Shown here: in pieces, positions 28,298-37,809 of the stretch
How positions within the stretch are numbered: the first letter of the stretch is position 1
Layout: every line of letters starts with the position of its first letter
IMG/VR virus record: IMGVR_UViG_3300015265_000001
Location: 162,986-226,985 of that record
Length of the DNA stretch: 64,000 bases
Direction: 5' to 3' (one strand)
The notes under the pieces: generated by a model
Told to the model about the DNA's origin: nothing
Seen by the model: the letters and a program-made list of their open reading frames with translations, nothing else
Databases searched by the model: none
Translations under genes and position numbers: made by a program

Positions 28298-28326
28298 CTT
28301 ACAGTGTTTTTCAGATCTACATTATT
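28293..28326 (+). promoter_or_regulatory. Class II promoter
   Basis: GTTAACTT-N15(acagtgtttttcaga)-TCTACATTATT. Confidence 0.7.
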
Positions 28327-28366
28327 CGTATGAATTACAACCACTGTTCTTAATGGGAGAACGACA

Positions 28367-30037
28367 ATGTCTTTGAAATTGCATAATGTACCCGCTATGC
28401 CACAACTCGCAATGCTGGGCGACAACGGCGGCGTCGTAACGGTCAACCCTGATTGGTGCGACTGGTACGAGGAAGTGTTTAACGAACCTGCTGGCACCGG
28501 CTACATCAAAGGCCGCGAGATCATGCAACAGGTGGACGCCGTGTATTCAGAGTTCGTGGGCGTGCGTTCGGAAGCGGTGAAGTCGGCGATCCACACCATG
28601 ATGCAGCGTGATCCGAATACCACCGGTTCGCGTTTCAACACCATTGCGGAAGCTCGTGCGGTAATCGATCGTGGTCAGCACCGCGAAAATGAATTGGAAA
28701 TCGACGTCGAGGGCCTGGAGGCCATCCTGTTCATCCGTCGCGCTGAAAAGCTGATTGAACTGGCCAAGGAAAAATACGGCTCGTTCATCGAGGGCGCCGG
28801 GGTTACTGGCGGGTGGGAAAACGTCGACGTCAACCAGCTCATGCAGGTTCTGACTCCTGGTCAGGAAGTGACTGACATCGACTCGACCATCTTCGCAGCT
28901 CCTAATACGACGTCGTATGCTACTGCCGTCATGATGGAGAACATGAAACCCATCCATCAGAAGTTGGCTGAACCGTACAAGCCCTCGCCAATGGCTGAAA
29001 CGTTCAACTCTGTGGTTGAAGCCAAAGCTGTTCTGGAACGGTCCGGTATTCTCCGCCAGAACTTCGTTCGCCAACCCGGTGTGCGCAGCTTCATGATGGA
29101 CGGCTATTTCGAGCCTCAGGACCTGGAAGCGTTGCTGTACCTGTACCGCAACAACGACCCAATGGTATTCCCTGAAAAGGACGCCAACGGTTTGCCGAAA
29201 GACAAGGTGCGGTCTATCTGGAACTCGCTGAGCGGGAAGCCTGTTCCTGAAGGTTATGTCGTTACCCCACCACAGCTGGAAGAAGGTGATACGCTTCATC
29301 GCACCCACATCACCAGCGACGATTCCGTGCTGCACATCGCCTACGATCGGAATGGTGATCAGGCGTTTTACAAATGCACACGCAACGGGAACCTGCTGGT
29401 TGTTGGAAGGGAGCCCGAAGGAACGCGCGGTAAAGTACCTTCAATGTTTGCCGACCTTCCGAAAAGTGCGTACGAAGGTTACGCAGATCGTGCGGTAGGC
29501 ATTACCGAACAACGCATGTCGGTATCTATTGCCGGCGAGTTCGAAAACGGCGTAACCGGGTTGGCGGATCTTCTTCCGGGCAATACCTCCAGTGAGAAAG
29601 CGATTTTGCCTACGGGTAATGAAGTTCTCAACCGCATGATCACTGAAGGTGGCGGTCTGCGTCGCGGCGAGTGGCCGGGTGTGGTTTCTGCGACAACCCC
29701 TGCTGAGAAGAGTCTGGTGAAACCTGACGATTCTCCGGAGCGTCTGGACGTTACCGGTCGACCCCTGCCGAAGTTTATCATCACCGATTCGATCGGCGGT
29801 AATGCGGTAGAGAAAGACCTCACCGTCCTGCGTGAAATGGATTCCGATGATTTGTCGGAATCCCTGGACTGGATCATCAAGGGCTACCCGCTGTCTGAAC
29901 GCGATGATCAACGCTTCATCGGCTTTACCCTGAACGATTTCGTAAAGGTAGCCGCCGAACGTATCAAGCAACTGCAATCCGACAACCTCAGCCTGCAAGG
30001 CGACGTGTCCGGCCTGCAACACCAGATCGACAACTAA
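28367..30037 (+). CDS. Mosaic hypothetical protein with internal repeat and DnaB/RecA-like fragment
   Basis: FNTIAEARAVIDR..LEAIL / FNSVVEAKAVLER..LEALL repeat; PTGNEVLNRMITEGGGLRRGE. Confidence 0.85.
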   Translation: MSLKLHNVPAMPQLAMLGDNGGVVTVNPDWCDWYEEVFNEPAGTGYIKGREIMQQVDAVYSEFVGVRSEAVKSAIHTMMQRDPNTTGSRFNTIAEARAVIDRGQHRENELEIDVEGLEAILFIRRAEKLIELAKEKYGSFIEGAGVTGGWENVDVNQLMQVLTPGQEVTDIDSTIFAAPNTTSYATAVMMENMKPIHQKLAEPYKPSPMAETFNSVVEAKAVLERSGILRQNFVRQPGVRSFMMDGYFEPQDLEALLYLYRNNDPMVFPEKDANGLPKDKVRSIWNSLSGKPVPEGYVVTPPQLEEGDTLHRTHITSDDSVLHIAYDRNGDQAFYKCTRNGNLLVVGREPEGTRGKVPSMFADLPKSAYEGYADRAVGITEQRMSVSIAGEFENGVTGLADLLPGNTSSEKAILPTGNEVLNRMITEGGGLRRGEWPGVVSATTPAEKSLVKPDDSPERLDVTGRPLPKFIITDSIGGNAVEKDLTVLREMDSDDLSESLDWIIKGYPLSERDDQRFIGFTLNDFVKVAAERIKQLQSDNLSLQGDVSGLQHQIDN

Positions 30038-30053
30038 CACCCGTTGTAAAACT

Positions 30054-30080
30054 GGGCGGGGATTTTCTCCGCCCTTTCTT
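30054..30080 (+). terminator. Hairpin terminator
   Basis: GGGCGG...CCGCCC then TTTCTT. Confidence 0.6.
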
Positions 30081-30138
30081 AGCGCTACACCCACTTAACA
30101 GGAACCACTCGGGTTTCTGAAACTAATGGAGTTTTATC

Positions 30139-30705
30139 ATGGCTAGTCTTTTCCGCAACCGTAAACTGCTTGACGCTTTCGCTAACCGTAACGTGGTAGG
30201 TGAAAGCACTGGTATCCATACCAAAGATGGCGAGATTATCTTTCGTGTGAGCATTGATTTTGGTTCCCAGGGTAAACTGTCTCGCTACATGACAGTTAAA
30301 GCGCTGGGCAATGATCTGATCGGCGTAAGCAAGGCGATCAGTGAGTACGAAAGCTCTATCCTGGAAATCATCGATATCCTGGAAGAGATGCAGCGCTGGG
30401 TACTGGACCTGGACTTTGTTAACGGTTCGACTCAACCAATCCAACACCACGGTCACCCAATCTTTAACCGGGTACTGTGTGAAGAAAATCCGCTGATGGT
30501 TCATGCTGCATGGATGAACAAAAGCGTTAGCTGCATGATCTTCGGCAAAGGTCTGTATGACCTGGAGATTCGTCTGCCGCTGGGTGGGGAACATTCTTTC
30601 CGTTTGTTCCAGCTCAAGATCGTTTCGATGATCGACGTTCTGCGCGAACACCTGCGTGATGTAGAAAAAGCACCCGTAGCTCAACTGTTGAAAGGAAAGC
30701 ACTAA
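30139..30705 (+). CDS. Hypothetical protein
   Basis: GGAG RBS. Confidence 0.8.
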   Translation: MASLFRNRKLLDAFANRNVVGESTGIHTKDGEIIFRVSIDFGSQGKLSRYMTVKALGNDLIGVSKAISEYESSILEIIDILEEMQRWVLDLDFVNGSTQPIQHHGHPIFNRVLCEENPLMVHAAWMNKSVSCMIFGKGLYDLEIRLPLGGEHSFRLFQLKIVSMIDVLREHLRDVEKAPVAQLLKGKH

Positions 30706-31160
30706 TGCGTAAGGGATTACTGATTTTGATGTTGTTGGCCGGCGTTGTACAGGCTGACGAAACTCTGATGTGTGGTCAATACGGCTACACAGACAAGAGT
30801 GAGAACTTCCACCGAATGAATCTTCTTCCCCTGATCAGTATCTTCGAGGTCAGCAAGGATGAAGTTAAGTTCGGTAACGAAGTGTTCAAGAAGTCCGATC
30901 CAAAACTGGTGGACATGGATGGGTTGGCGACTACGTACGTCCAACCCGACAGTAATAAGCTGCTCTACGTGTACAAGAATGAGCAGGGCAAACAGGAAAT
31001 TGGTATCAGCCTGATAAAGGAAGATACTGACGACTTGTTTGCTGATAAGTCCGTGTTCACCGACTGTGAGACAAAGGCAACTGTACGCGAAGAGGTAGTG
31101 GCTTCTAAAGCCTCTCTTCGTCGTAAGGTTGACCCGTCTCAACCGCTGTTTACTTTTTGA
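30705..31160 (+). CDS. Exported protein with signal peptide
   Basis: MRKGLLILMLLAGVVQA-DE; Cys pair. Confidence 0.8.
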   Translation: MRKGLLILMLLAGVVQADETLMCGQYGYTDKSENFHRMNLLPLISIFEVSKDEVKFGNEVFKKSDPKLVDMDGLATTYVQPDSNKLLYVYKNEQGKQEIGISLIKEDTDDLFADKSVFTDCETKATVREEVVASKASLRRKVDPSQPLFTF

Positions 31161-31169
31161 GGTGTCGTA

Positions 31170-31559
31170 ATGGGACTTTATTATCAAGGTGACTTGGATG
31201 CTGATCTGGCATCCTTGGAAGGTCTGCAACATGTTCCAGCCATCAAAGCTTTGCTCGAGTGGTGGGCGTGCGGTCGTATCCAACAGATCGCCACTGATCG
31301 GTCTGATTGGCACATGACTCACGAGTTCGACAAGAACAACGCCCATTTGGTCCACAGTCTCGCTGACAGCATCGGTATCGATGAGTTCTGCCGAGTAGTC
31401 CAAATCTTGTGGGCTGAGAAAGCACGTGCTGATGGTTACCCGACGATCGGTGCGCTTAACCAGGCCTTCAACAAACCCGGCCAGGCGGAGAAAGAACTGG
31501 CAGAGATCAGAGCGCGTCGGGAAGCAACGCCTGATGGCAATCCACAAACCTTACACTGA
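31170..31559 (+). CDS. Hypothetical protein
   Basis: GAGG RBS. Confidence 0.75.
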   Translation: MGLYYQGDLDADLASLEGLQHVPAIKALLEWWACGRIQQIATDRSDWHMTHEFDKNNAHLVHSLADSIGIDEFCRVVQILWAEKARADGYPTIGALNQAFNKPGQAEKELAEIRARREATPDGNPQTLH

Positions 31560-31570
31560 GGGCGGCGGTA

Positions 31571-31792
31571 ATGGCTAACGGTACTTTCCTCGTCAGTATG
31601 CTGGTTTGTGGAGAACCGAGTTTGGTTCGGTTTACGTTCCAGCATGACGACCCAGTCGTTGTGGTTGAACCGTTTAAACCTGATGCGGGGGATTTCAGAC
31701 CGCGTCCGGTAACCGTTCACCAAACGGGTGATGACGAACTGAACAAACTGCTTACCGCCAATATCCCAGGAGATTATATCCAACATGACTAA
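31571..31792 (+). CDS. Small hypothetical protein
   Basis: Co-directional ORF. Confidence 0.65.
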   Translation: MANGTFLVSMLVCGEPSLVRFTFQHDDPVVVVEPFKPDAGDFRPRPVTVHQTGDDELNKLLTANIPGDYIQHD

Positions 31793-32591
31793 CCCACTTT
31801 TAAAGCTGGTCACGATCAATGGCCGCGTTGATCTGCTGAAGTTCACGGAAACTCCTGGGTCTCCTGTTGTGGTAGTGGAGTTCACTACCGCGATGGAACT
31901 GATCATGGATCCTCGTGGTGGCATGCCTGGTCTTAGCCATCGGGAAGTACACGTCTGCTATCCTTGGAGTGGTTACGCCAAACCTGTGGAGGAAAGTGTT
32001 CTCGAGCCTTCTTTGGATCAGACTATCCAAGGTGAGATTATCGCCATCGGCGAGGAAGCCTGGAAAAAGTTTCAGGCTGACGGCTACCCGTTTCAACGGC
32101 CTGTTGACTGGGACACAATGGTTAAAGCCAGCGTGTCAAAATTCCTTGCATACGGCGAAACTGCCAAACGTATTGCCGAAGCGGCATCGGGGGTTACTGT
32201 GAGTAAAGAACAATTGTATTCGACCAAGCATCTGGAAGGCACTTCTCAACTCGAGCGTTCTGGCGAACTGGGGAAGTTCCTGAGCTACATCACTGATTCG
32301 GAAAACGTCTGGGACAAAGAGAAATACGTCGCCAGCCGTCGTGTCAGCGGCACTGTCTTCGGGCAAGAAGCGGACTTCCGTTACATGTATGTCCTGGGCA
32401 ATGCGTTCCTGGAAGGTCACATCGGCGACAGCAAGGTGCGTATCTACTACCTGAAGTTGCAGGGCTTCCAGATCTACCTGGGTCCTCTCGGCGAGCCGCT
32501 CGATCAGCACGGTCAGCGACCACTCACGTACCACCCTGATGACAAAGCTGGCGTTCTGGCTTACTTCGACGAACTGTCCGTCAAGCGCTGA
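31785..32591 (+). CDS. Hypothetical protein
   Basis: GGAG RBS, overlapping start. Confidence 0.8.
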   Translation: MTNPLLKLVTINGRVDLLKFTETPGSPVVVVEFTTAMELIMDPRGGMPGLSHREVHVCYPWSGYAKPVEESVLEPSLDQTIQGEIIAIGEEAWKKFQADGYPFQRPVDWDTMVKASVSKFLAYGETAKRIAEAASGVTVSKEQLYSTKHLEGTSQLERSGELGKFLSYITDSENVWDKEKYVASRRVSGTVFGQEADFRYMYVLGNAFLEGHIGDSKVRIYYLKLQGFQIYLGPLGEPLDQHGQRPLTYHPDDKAGVLAYFDELSVKR

Positions 32592-32601
32592 GGGGTGGGG
32601 C

Positions 32602-33258
32602 ATGATCAGTCGTAATAAGGATTGGATTGTTAAGTGCAGTTACTGGCGTAATGTTAGTCGTGTGCTGCAACGTAAGGGCGGTAAGTACGAACACCAAATC
32701 GAAATATCGCTGTCGCCCACCAATCGTGATGATGAATCCTGGCTGCTCCTTGGCCAGGCTCGCATTCGCAAGCACATGACTACCGCCGATGTCAAAGATG
32801 AGTTCTCTCATCACTTCCCGGATTACCTGGAAGATGAACTGACTCGGCGGTTGGGTAAGAGCATCGCTAATGTTCTGCTGCACGTCAATCTTCTTAGTGA
32901 GATTGATCCGATCAAGTTACAAGAAGTATCCCGTCAGTGGGTGTGGGGTGGTGGGATTCCTTTTGTTTTGATTGCAAGGGAGCCTCACAAGTATCCGGCG
33001 TTGATCCAGTTCTGGATTGATCACCCAGGTGCGGTTAATCAACAACTGTTGTTTCTTCCCCTAATACGGGAGCACGAGGAGTTGTTGAAAAGACCAGTGC
33101 TGGACAAGGTTCCTCGTGCATGGGTAGAGCATTACAGCCGGATGATGACTCAAATGCAGCCGGGTGGATCTGTGGCTGCTGAGGTCCAACAATTTCTGGA
33201 AGACAATCCGGTTGAACCTATTGGCTTTCCACAGGTGCTACATCTTAACAAGGAATAA
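32602..33258 (+). CDS. Hypothetical protein
   Basis: Start moved to ATG 32602. Confidence 0.75.
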   Translation: MISRNKDWIVKCSYWRNVSRVLQRKGGKYEHQIEISLSPTNRDDESWLLLGQARIRKHMTTADVKDEFSHHFPDYLEDELTRRLGKSIANVLLHVNLLSEIDPIKLQEVSRQWVWGGGIPFVLIAREPHKYPALIQFWIDHPGAVNQQLLFLPLIREHEELLKRPVLDKVPRAWVEHYSRMMTQMQPGGSVAAEVQQFLEDNPVEPIGFPQVLHLNKE

Positions 33259-33260
33259 AC

Positions 33261-33845
33261 ATGAACTGGTACGTGCACGGTCGTAGTGACCGCTGTGTTG
33301 GATTTATCCAGGATGGTTCCGTCTGTGAAGGCGGTAACTGTGAACACCTGGAAGATGGGGATCAAGCACATGGCTTTTCGGGTGAAGCCGATAGCTTTGG
33401 CTCTGAGCATTACCTGATGTGCAAGATCTGCTACGAGCAGTTCCTGGAAAACCGTAAAACGGAACCCGTGGACTGTGAGGACTGTTGTATGGAAACACCC
33501 AGGAATGAGGGGATCAGCTATATCCCTTATTTCTGCGAAGAACTGCCGCGAGAACGCAATCGTATTTTCGTGTGCAACATTTGTAAAGAACTCCCCGCTC
33601 ATAAAGCGAGACTAGAGCGGGATGAACGCGACATGGAAGCCGATAAATTGGAGGCTGAAATGAACGACAACAAAGCACACATGTCGCGTGAAGACGACGG
33701 TGTAGACGAACTGCTCGATGACGATGACATCGACGTTTATGACGACCCGATCTTCGAACCTATTGAACCAGACGAAGGCACCGACATTATCGATGACGAT
33801 GACGACGATGATGACGTCATCTTTCCGGACGAGGAGCAGCATTAA
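33261..33845 (+). CDS. Cys-rich putative Zn-binding protein with very acidic tail
   Basis: C/H clusters (CEH, CKIC, CEDC, CNIC...H); D/E-rich C-terminus. Confidence 0.8.
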   Translation: MNWYVHGRSDRCVGFIQDGSVCEGGNCEHLEDGDQAHGFSGEADSFGSEHYLMCKICYEQFLENRKTEPVDCEDCCMETPRNEGISYIPYFCEELPRERNRIFVCNICKELPAHKARLERDERDMEADKLEAEMNDNKAHMSREDDGVDELLDDDDIDVYDDPIFEPIEPDEGTDIIDDDDDDDDVIFPDEEQH

Positions 33846-34045
33846 TGCTCCGCGACATCATTCTCTTGCTGGCATTTGCTTTAGCGGCGCTCGGCACTTA
33901 TATCCCCTGGAGTAAAATCGAGGGTTTGAGTGCCGGTCCTCGCAAGGCTGTATGCGCGGTTTATATCCTGAGCTGGCTGGTGCTTATTGCATTCGGCCTC
34001 TCAGGAATCAACTATCTCTACGAACTCAAGGAAGCGTTGCGATGA
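33845..34045 (+). CDS. Small two-TM membrane protein
   Basis: Two hydrophobic helices; TAATG coupling. Confidence 0.75.
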   Translation: MLRDIILLLAFALAALGTYIPWSKIEGLSAGPRKAVCAVYILSWLVLIAFGLSGINYLYELKEALR

Positions 34046-34659
34046 GCACCAAACCATTTGAAGCTGTTCCCGGTCTGCCACCTGTTACTGAATTCATGAC
34101 TGACCGTGCGCAAGGTAATCCAGCCGACCTCAAGATGAAAGAAGGTGATTATATCTTCCATGAACCTGTTGAGGTCACCCAGAATCGTTTCCGTCGTCAT
34201 GGGGAAGCGCGCGACAAACGTATCAAAGAGAAGTACCAGAAGCTGGTTGATCGTGGCCTGTACGAGAATTGCGACATGCGTTCTTTCTCTTTGGGGGTGG
34301 CTACGGCGATCGTGCACTTCAAAGACAAAGCCATCTACGTCATGACGTATCCGATCATCTCTGCTACTCCGGCTGCCTTCATCAAGACGTGTGCTTGTGG
34401 GGCGGTCATGTACAAAGAGATGGGTCATGACGATTACCAGCCGTCGGCTGACATCGAACGGGTTCTGGATGGCATCGCTCAGGTTCTCGACTTCGATGGC
34501 GACAAACCTACAGCCGGCATCGAGTTGTCTGGGCGTAACCCCGAACTCCACTACGACAGCCCCAACACAGATTTCGACGGCGATCCTGCCGTACCTAATC
34601 CACATGCCAAACCCAGTGAGTCAGGTCCAGCCGATTTCGGTGCGGACTTCCCCGGCTAA
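34042..34659 (+). CDS. Hypothetical protein
   Basis: ATGA overlap at 34042. Confidence 0.8.
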   Translation: MSTKPFEAVPGLPPVTEFMTDRAQGNPADLKMKEGDYIFHEPVEVTQNRFRRHGEARDKRIKEKYQKLVDRGLYENCDMRSFSLGVATAIVHFKDKAIYVMTYPIISATPAAFIKTCACGAVMYKEMGHDDYQPSADIERVLDGIAQVLDFDGDKPTAGIELSGRNPELHYDSPNTDFDGDPAVPNPHAKPSESGPADFGADFPG

Positions 34660-34694
34660 CAATCCACCTTACCTTAACAAAGGAAGCCAAGTAA

Positions 34695-34973
34695 ATGGCA
34701 ACGGTAAAGATCCAACAAAAGCTCGGCCTGGACGTGTTCAAGAAACTGAACGCCCAACTGAAAGAAACCGGGCTGCACGTGGTTCGTAGCGACGGTGAAG
34801 ACAAGCCTGACCGCAAGATCACCCAGGACAACGTGATCTGCAAAGTCAAGCAGGTGTTCAACCTGGGCAAGAAAATGGAAGCCGTCCTGGACGTCGACCA
34901 ATGCTTCAAGAATTACGAGATGCGCTTCCAGCAGTTCGAGAACGTCTTCTACCTCGTCCGTAAGGGCGGTTAG
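34695..34973 (+). CDS. Hypothetical protein
   Basis: AAGGA RBS; biased codons. Confidence 0.8.
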   Translation: MATVKIQQKLGLDVFKKLNAQLKETGLHVVRSDGEDKPDRKITQDNVICKVKQVFNLGKKMEAVLDVDQCFKNYEMRFQQFENVFYLVRKGG

Positions 34974-34975
34974 TC

Positions 34976-35266
34976 ATGGGCACGGTGTCGTTGTCCTTCT
35001 ACGCGCCAAAGCACCTGCCATTGACGAAATCCATCGAAGCCTTTACTGGTTTTTCCAAACAGTACTTCCTGAAGGCGAATAGCAGTTGGTGGGACCGCCT
35101 GTGGCGTAAACATGTTATCGGCGAACTTACCAAGGTTGAAGTAGAATACCCTTGGCTGCGGGTAACCATTGATCTGACTCATCCCAAACGTTTCGATACT
35201 GACAGCGAGTTCGAGATGAGGATCGAGAAAGGTCTCGCGGTTATTTACCAGCACAGGCGTTCGTAA
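34976..35266 (+). CDS. Hypothetical protein
   Basis: Tight spacing. Confidence 0.75.
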   Translation: MGTVSLSFYAPKHLPLTKSIEAFTGFSKQYFLKANSSWWDRLWRKHVIGELTKVEVEYPWLRVTIDLTHPKRFDTDSEFEMRIEKGLAVIYQHRRS

Positions 35267-35276
35267 AGAGCAACAT

Positions 35277-35330
35277 CCTCCCTAGTAAGTCGGGCCAACA
35301 GGCTTACTAGGGAGGTTTTATTTTTTGTTT
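35277..35330 (+). terminator. Rho-independent terminator
   Basis: CCTCCCTAGTAAG...CTTACTAGGGAGG then TTTTATTTTTT. Confidence 0.8.
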
Positions 35331-35348
35331 AGATAGGGAGTTTATTAA

Positions 35349-35990
35349 GTGGAAAACCATAAAGATGGGACCGTTGCGTTTGATCGCATCACGGTGTTGG
35401 GGAAAGACTTCTTATCGGGGAGTTATAAAGACGACTTAGCCGTTTATCACTACGGTTTCGACGTCGTACCGCGGATGAAACCTACCACAGGCAAAAAGAA
35501 GAAGGCTGAGCCTGAGTATGATTACATCTGGGAGGGTTTCTTCAATTTCGGCATGAACACCAGTCGTATCCGCTTACATCCCGTCTTAAACGACCATGGG
35601 CTGTTTGAGATGGAAAAGAAATTGGCCTTGGTCAAGGAGAAGTTCGACTTCTTCGTAAAGGAGCTCAAAGCTCGTCGTAAGACCCCGGCCAAGAAAACGA
35701 TCAACGATAAAGTCTGGTTGAATAAAGCAGACACTCCGTTTACCGGCTATATCAGCTCCACGATCTACGAAGATGGGTCTGGACAACTGGCTATCGCCGA
35801 CTGCCACAAAACCATCCACTGGTATCCAGAGGGTTGGTTGGATGACAAAGGTAAACAACACTTCGAAGCCAACTACACCAACGCGCTGAAGTCAATTGAA
35901 GATTTTGCTAAAGCGGCGGGTAAAGGGGTTAAAGCAATCCAAGAATTGCGGAAGTTCTTTGCTCGTGAGTTGGAAAGCCCACAAAGCTAA
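35349..35990 (+). CDS. Hypothetical protein
   Basis: GGGAG RBS, GTG start. Confidence 0.75.
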   Translation: MENHKDGTVAFDRITVLGKDFLSGSYKDDLAVYHYGFDVVPRMKPTTGKKKKAEPEYDYIWEGFFNFGMNTSRIRLHPVLNDHGLFEMEKKLALVKEKFDFFVKELKARRKTPAKKTINDKVWLNKADTPFTGYISSTIYEDGSGQLAIADCHKTIHWYPEGWLDDKGKQHFEANYTNALKSIEDFAKAAGKGVKAIQELRKFFARELESPQS

Positions 35991-35995
35991 AAGAC

Positions 35996-36013
35996 TTTCA
36001 AACCTACATTATT
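35996..36013 (+). promoter_or_regulatory. Class II promoter core upstream of groEL
   Basis: TTTCA-aa-CCTACATTATT. Confidence 0.55.
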
Positions 36014-36063
36014 AAACCGTAAGCACCATCAGTATATCCAAACCCAGCTATGGAGATTCACCC

Positions 36064-37752
36064 ATGTACATGCAGCTTTCTAACAACAGCAGCCGTTACG
36101 GTGATTTGCAACGTCGCGATACTCAAGATGTTGTTGAGGATGTGATGACGGATGTCCGTGACGCCGTTGTAGCGACCATGGGTCCAAACGGTAAGCTGTC
36201 CGCCATTACAGTCGGCACCAGTGTTAAAGTGACCAAAGACGGCGTAACAGTCGCCAAGTCGCTGAAGTTTGCCAACCCGTTCGAAGAAGCTGTTAACCGC
36301 ATCATTCTGGAACCGGCAATCAAGACCGATGACGAATGCGGTGACGGCACCACCACCACCATCCTGCTGACCGCAGAACTGTATCGCCTGTACGCTCAGT
36401 TCCCTCGTTATCGTGAACGCAAGTTCATCGACAAACTGGGTAACAAAATCATTGACCAACTTATCCGTTTGTCGGTGAAAGTCGACAACGACAGTGAGGA
36501 CCTGTTTAACCTGGCTCTAACGTCCTCTAACGGCGATGAGAAGCTCGCGGCGGTCATTACTAGTATCTATCTCGATGCTGGCGGCCGATACCCTGAGATC
36601 GAGCTCAAGGAAGGCCTGGGCGGTGATGACCAGATTGTTCGTAGCAACGGTCTGCCAGTAGCGCTGTCATACAGCAACCCATCCTTCTCGAAGAACGGCA
36701 ACGGCTCGACGTCCGACTTCACTGGATTCCGCGCGATTGTGATCGACGACAACGTCCGCAACATGGAGTCCCACGTCCTCGGTCCAATCCTGGCTAAACT
36801 GATCGAAGTTAATCCACAGCCGGTCCTGTTGATTGCTCGTTCTTTCGACAACCCAATCAACAGCATCATCCTGCAAGTCAACAACCAACTGAAGCGCCAG
36901 GCGTTCATCTGCGCACAAACCAACTTCGGTGGCTCGGTCGGTACTCTGCTGATGCAGGATATCTCCGTGCTGTTGAATGCACCGATGGTGAAAGTGTTCT
37001 CCGACGTCGTTAACGTCGAAACCACGATTTGCCTGGAAACTCTTCATATCGGTTCCGTTCGTTCGATCTTCGAACCTCAGATCGAGGCCACTCGTTTCCG
37101 TATCGACGAGCAAGTAGCATCGATCGAGAAGGAGCTGAACAGTTACGAGCGTGGTGAACGTTTCAGTGTTCGTGCACGTTTCAACGAGAAGCGTATCCGT
37201 GACCTTAAGGGCGAGCTGGTTACCGTGTTCGTCGGTGGCGAAACTCAGTCCGAGATCAAGGAACGCATCGACCGTTTCGAAGACGTATCGAAAGCTGTCA
37301 AGTCGGCGTTGGAGAACGGTATCCTGCCGGGCGTCGGTACTGCGTTGATTACTGCGGGTGTATTTGCACTCAACGATCTGTCCGATGAAGAAGAGGAAGA
37401 TCCAGAGTTCAAGAAGATCATTGAAGTGATGGAAGAAGTGATCTTCTCCCAGTACATGCTGCTGCAAGGCGAACTGATACTGCCGAACGACTCGCGTAAC
37501 CAACAGGCAAAAGAGCGCGCTATCCGCAGTGGGATCACCGGTCGGGTACTTGATATGGATGAACCTCGTCCATTCATCGTAACCAACCTGCGCGATAACA
37601 GTACTGGTACTCCGACTGAGTTGGGTATCTTCGATACGGCCTATGCATCGATCACTGCTCTGCGGGGTGGTATGCAAACGGCCAAGATCCTGGCGAGCCT
37701 CGATAGCGTTCTGATCGGGGACAAGCTGTCGGCGGTTAAAATCCAATCGTAA
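36064..37752 (+). CDS. groEL: Phage GroEL-like chaperonin
   Basis: TMGPNG, VTKDGVTVAK, GDGTTT, GG...EIKERIDRFEDV..AVKSALENGILPGVG, LGIFDT; no GGM tail. Confidence 0.93.
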   Translation: MYMQLSNNSSRYGDLQRRDTQDVVEDVMTDVRDAVVATMGPNGKLSAITVGTSVKVTKDGVTVAKSLKFANPFEEAVNRIILEPAIKTDDECGDGTTTTILLTAELYRLYAQFPRYRERKFIDKLGNKIIDQLIRLSVKVDNDSEDLFNLALTSSNGDEKLAAVITSIYLDAGGRYPEIELKEGLGGDDQIVRSNGLPVALSYSNPSFSKNGNGSTSDFTGFRAIVIDDNVRNMESHVLGPILAKLIEVNPQPVLLIARSFDNPINSIILQVNNQLKRQAFICAQTNFGGSVGTLLMQDISVLLNAPMVKVFSDVVNVETTICLETLHIGSVRSIFEPQIEATRFRIDEQVASIEKELNSYERGERFSVRARFNEKRIRDLKGELVTVFVGGETQSEIKERIDRFEDVSKAVKSALENGILPGVGTALITAGVFALNDLSDEEEEDPEFKKIIEVMEEVIFSQYMLLQGELILPNDSRNQQAKERAIRSGITGRVLDMDEPRPFIVTNLRDNSTGTPTELGIFDTAYASITALRGGMQTAKILASLDSVLIGDKLSAVKIQS

Positions 37753-37767
37753 CAGGCAAGTGAGTTT

Positions 37768-37795
37768 GGGGATCTTCGGATCCCCTTCTTTTTTG
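37768..37795 (+). terminator. Rho-independent terminator (UUCG loop)
   Basis: GGGGATC-TTCG-GATCCCC-TTCTTTTTT. Confidence 0.9.
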
Positions 37796-37809
37796 CTTAA
37801 GGGAGCAAC

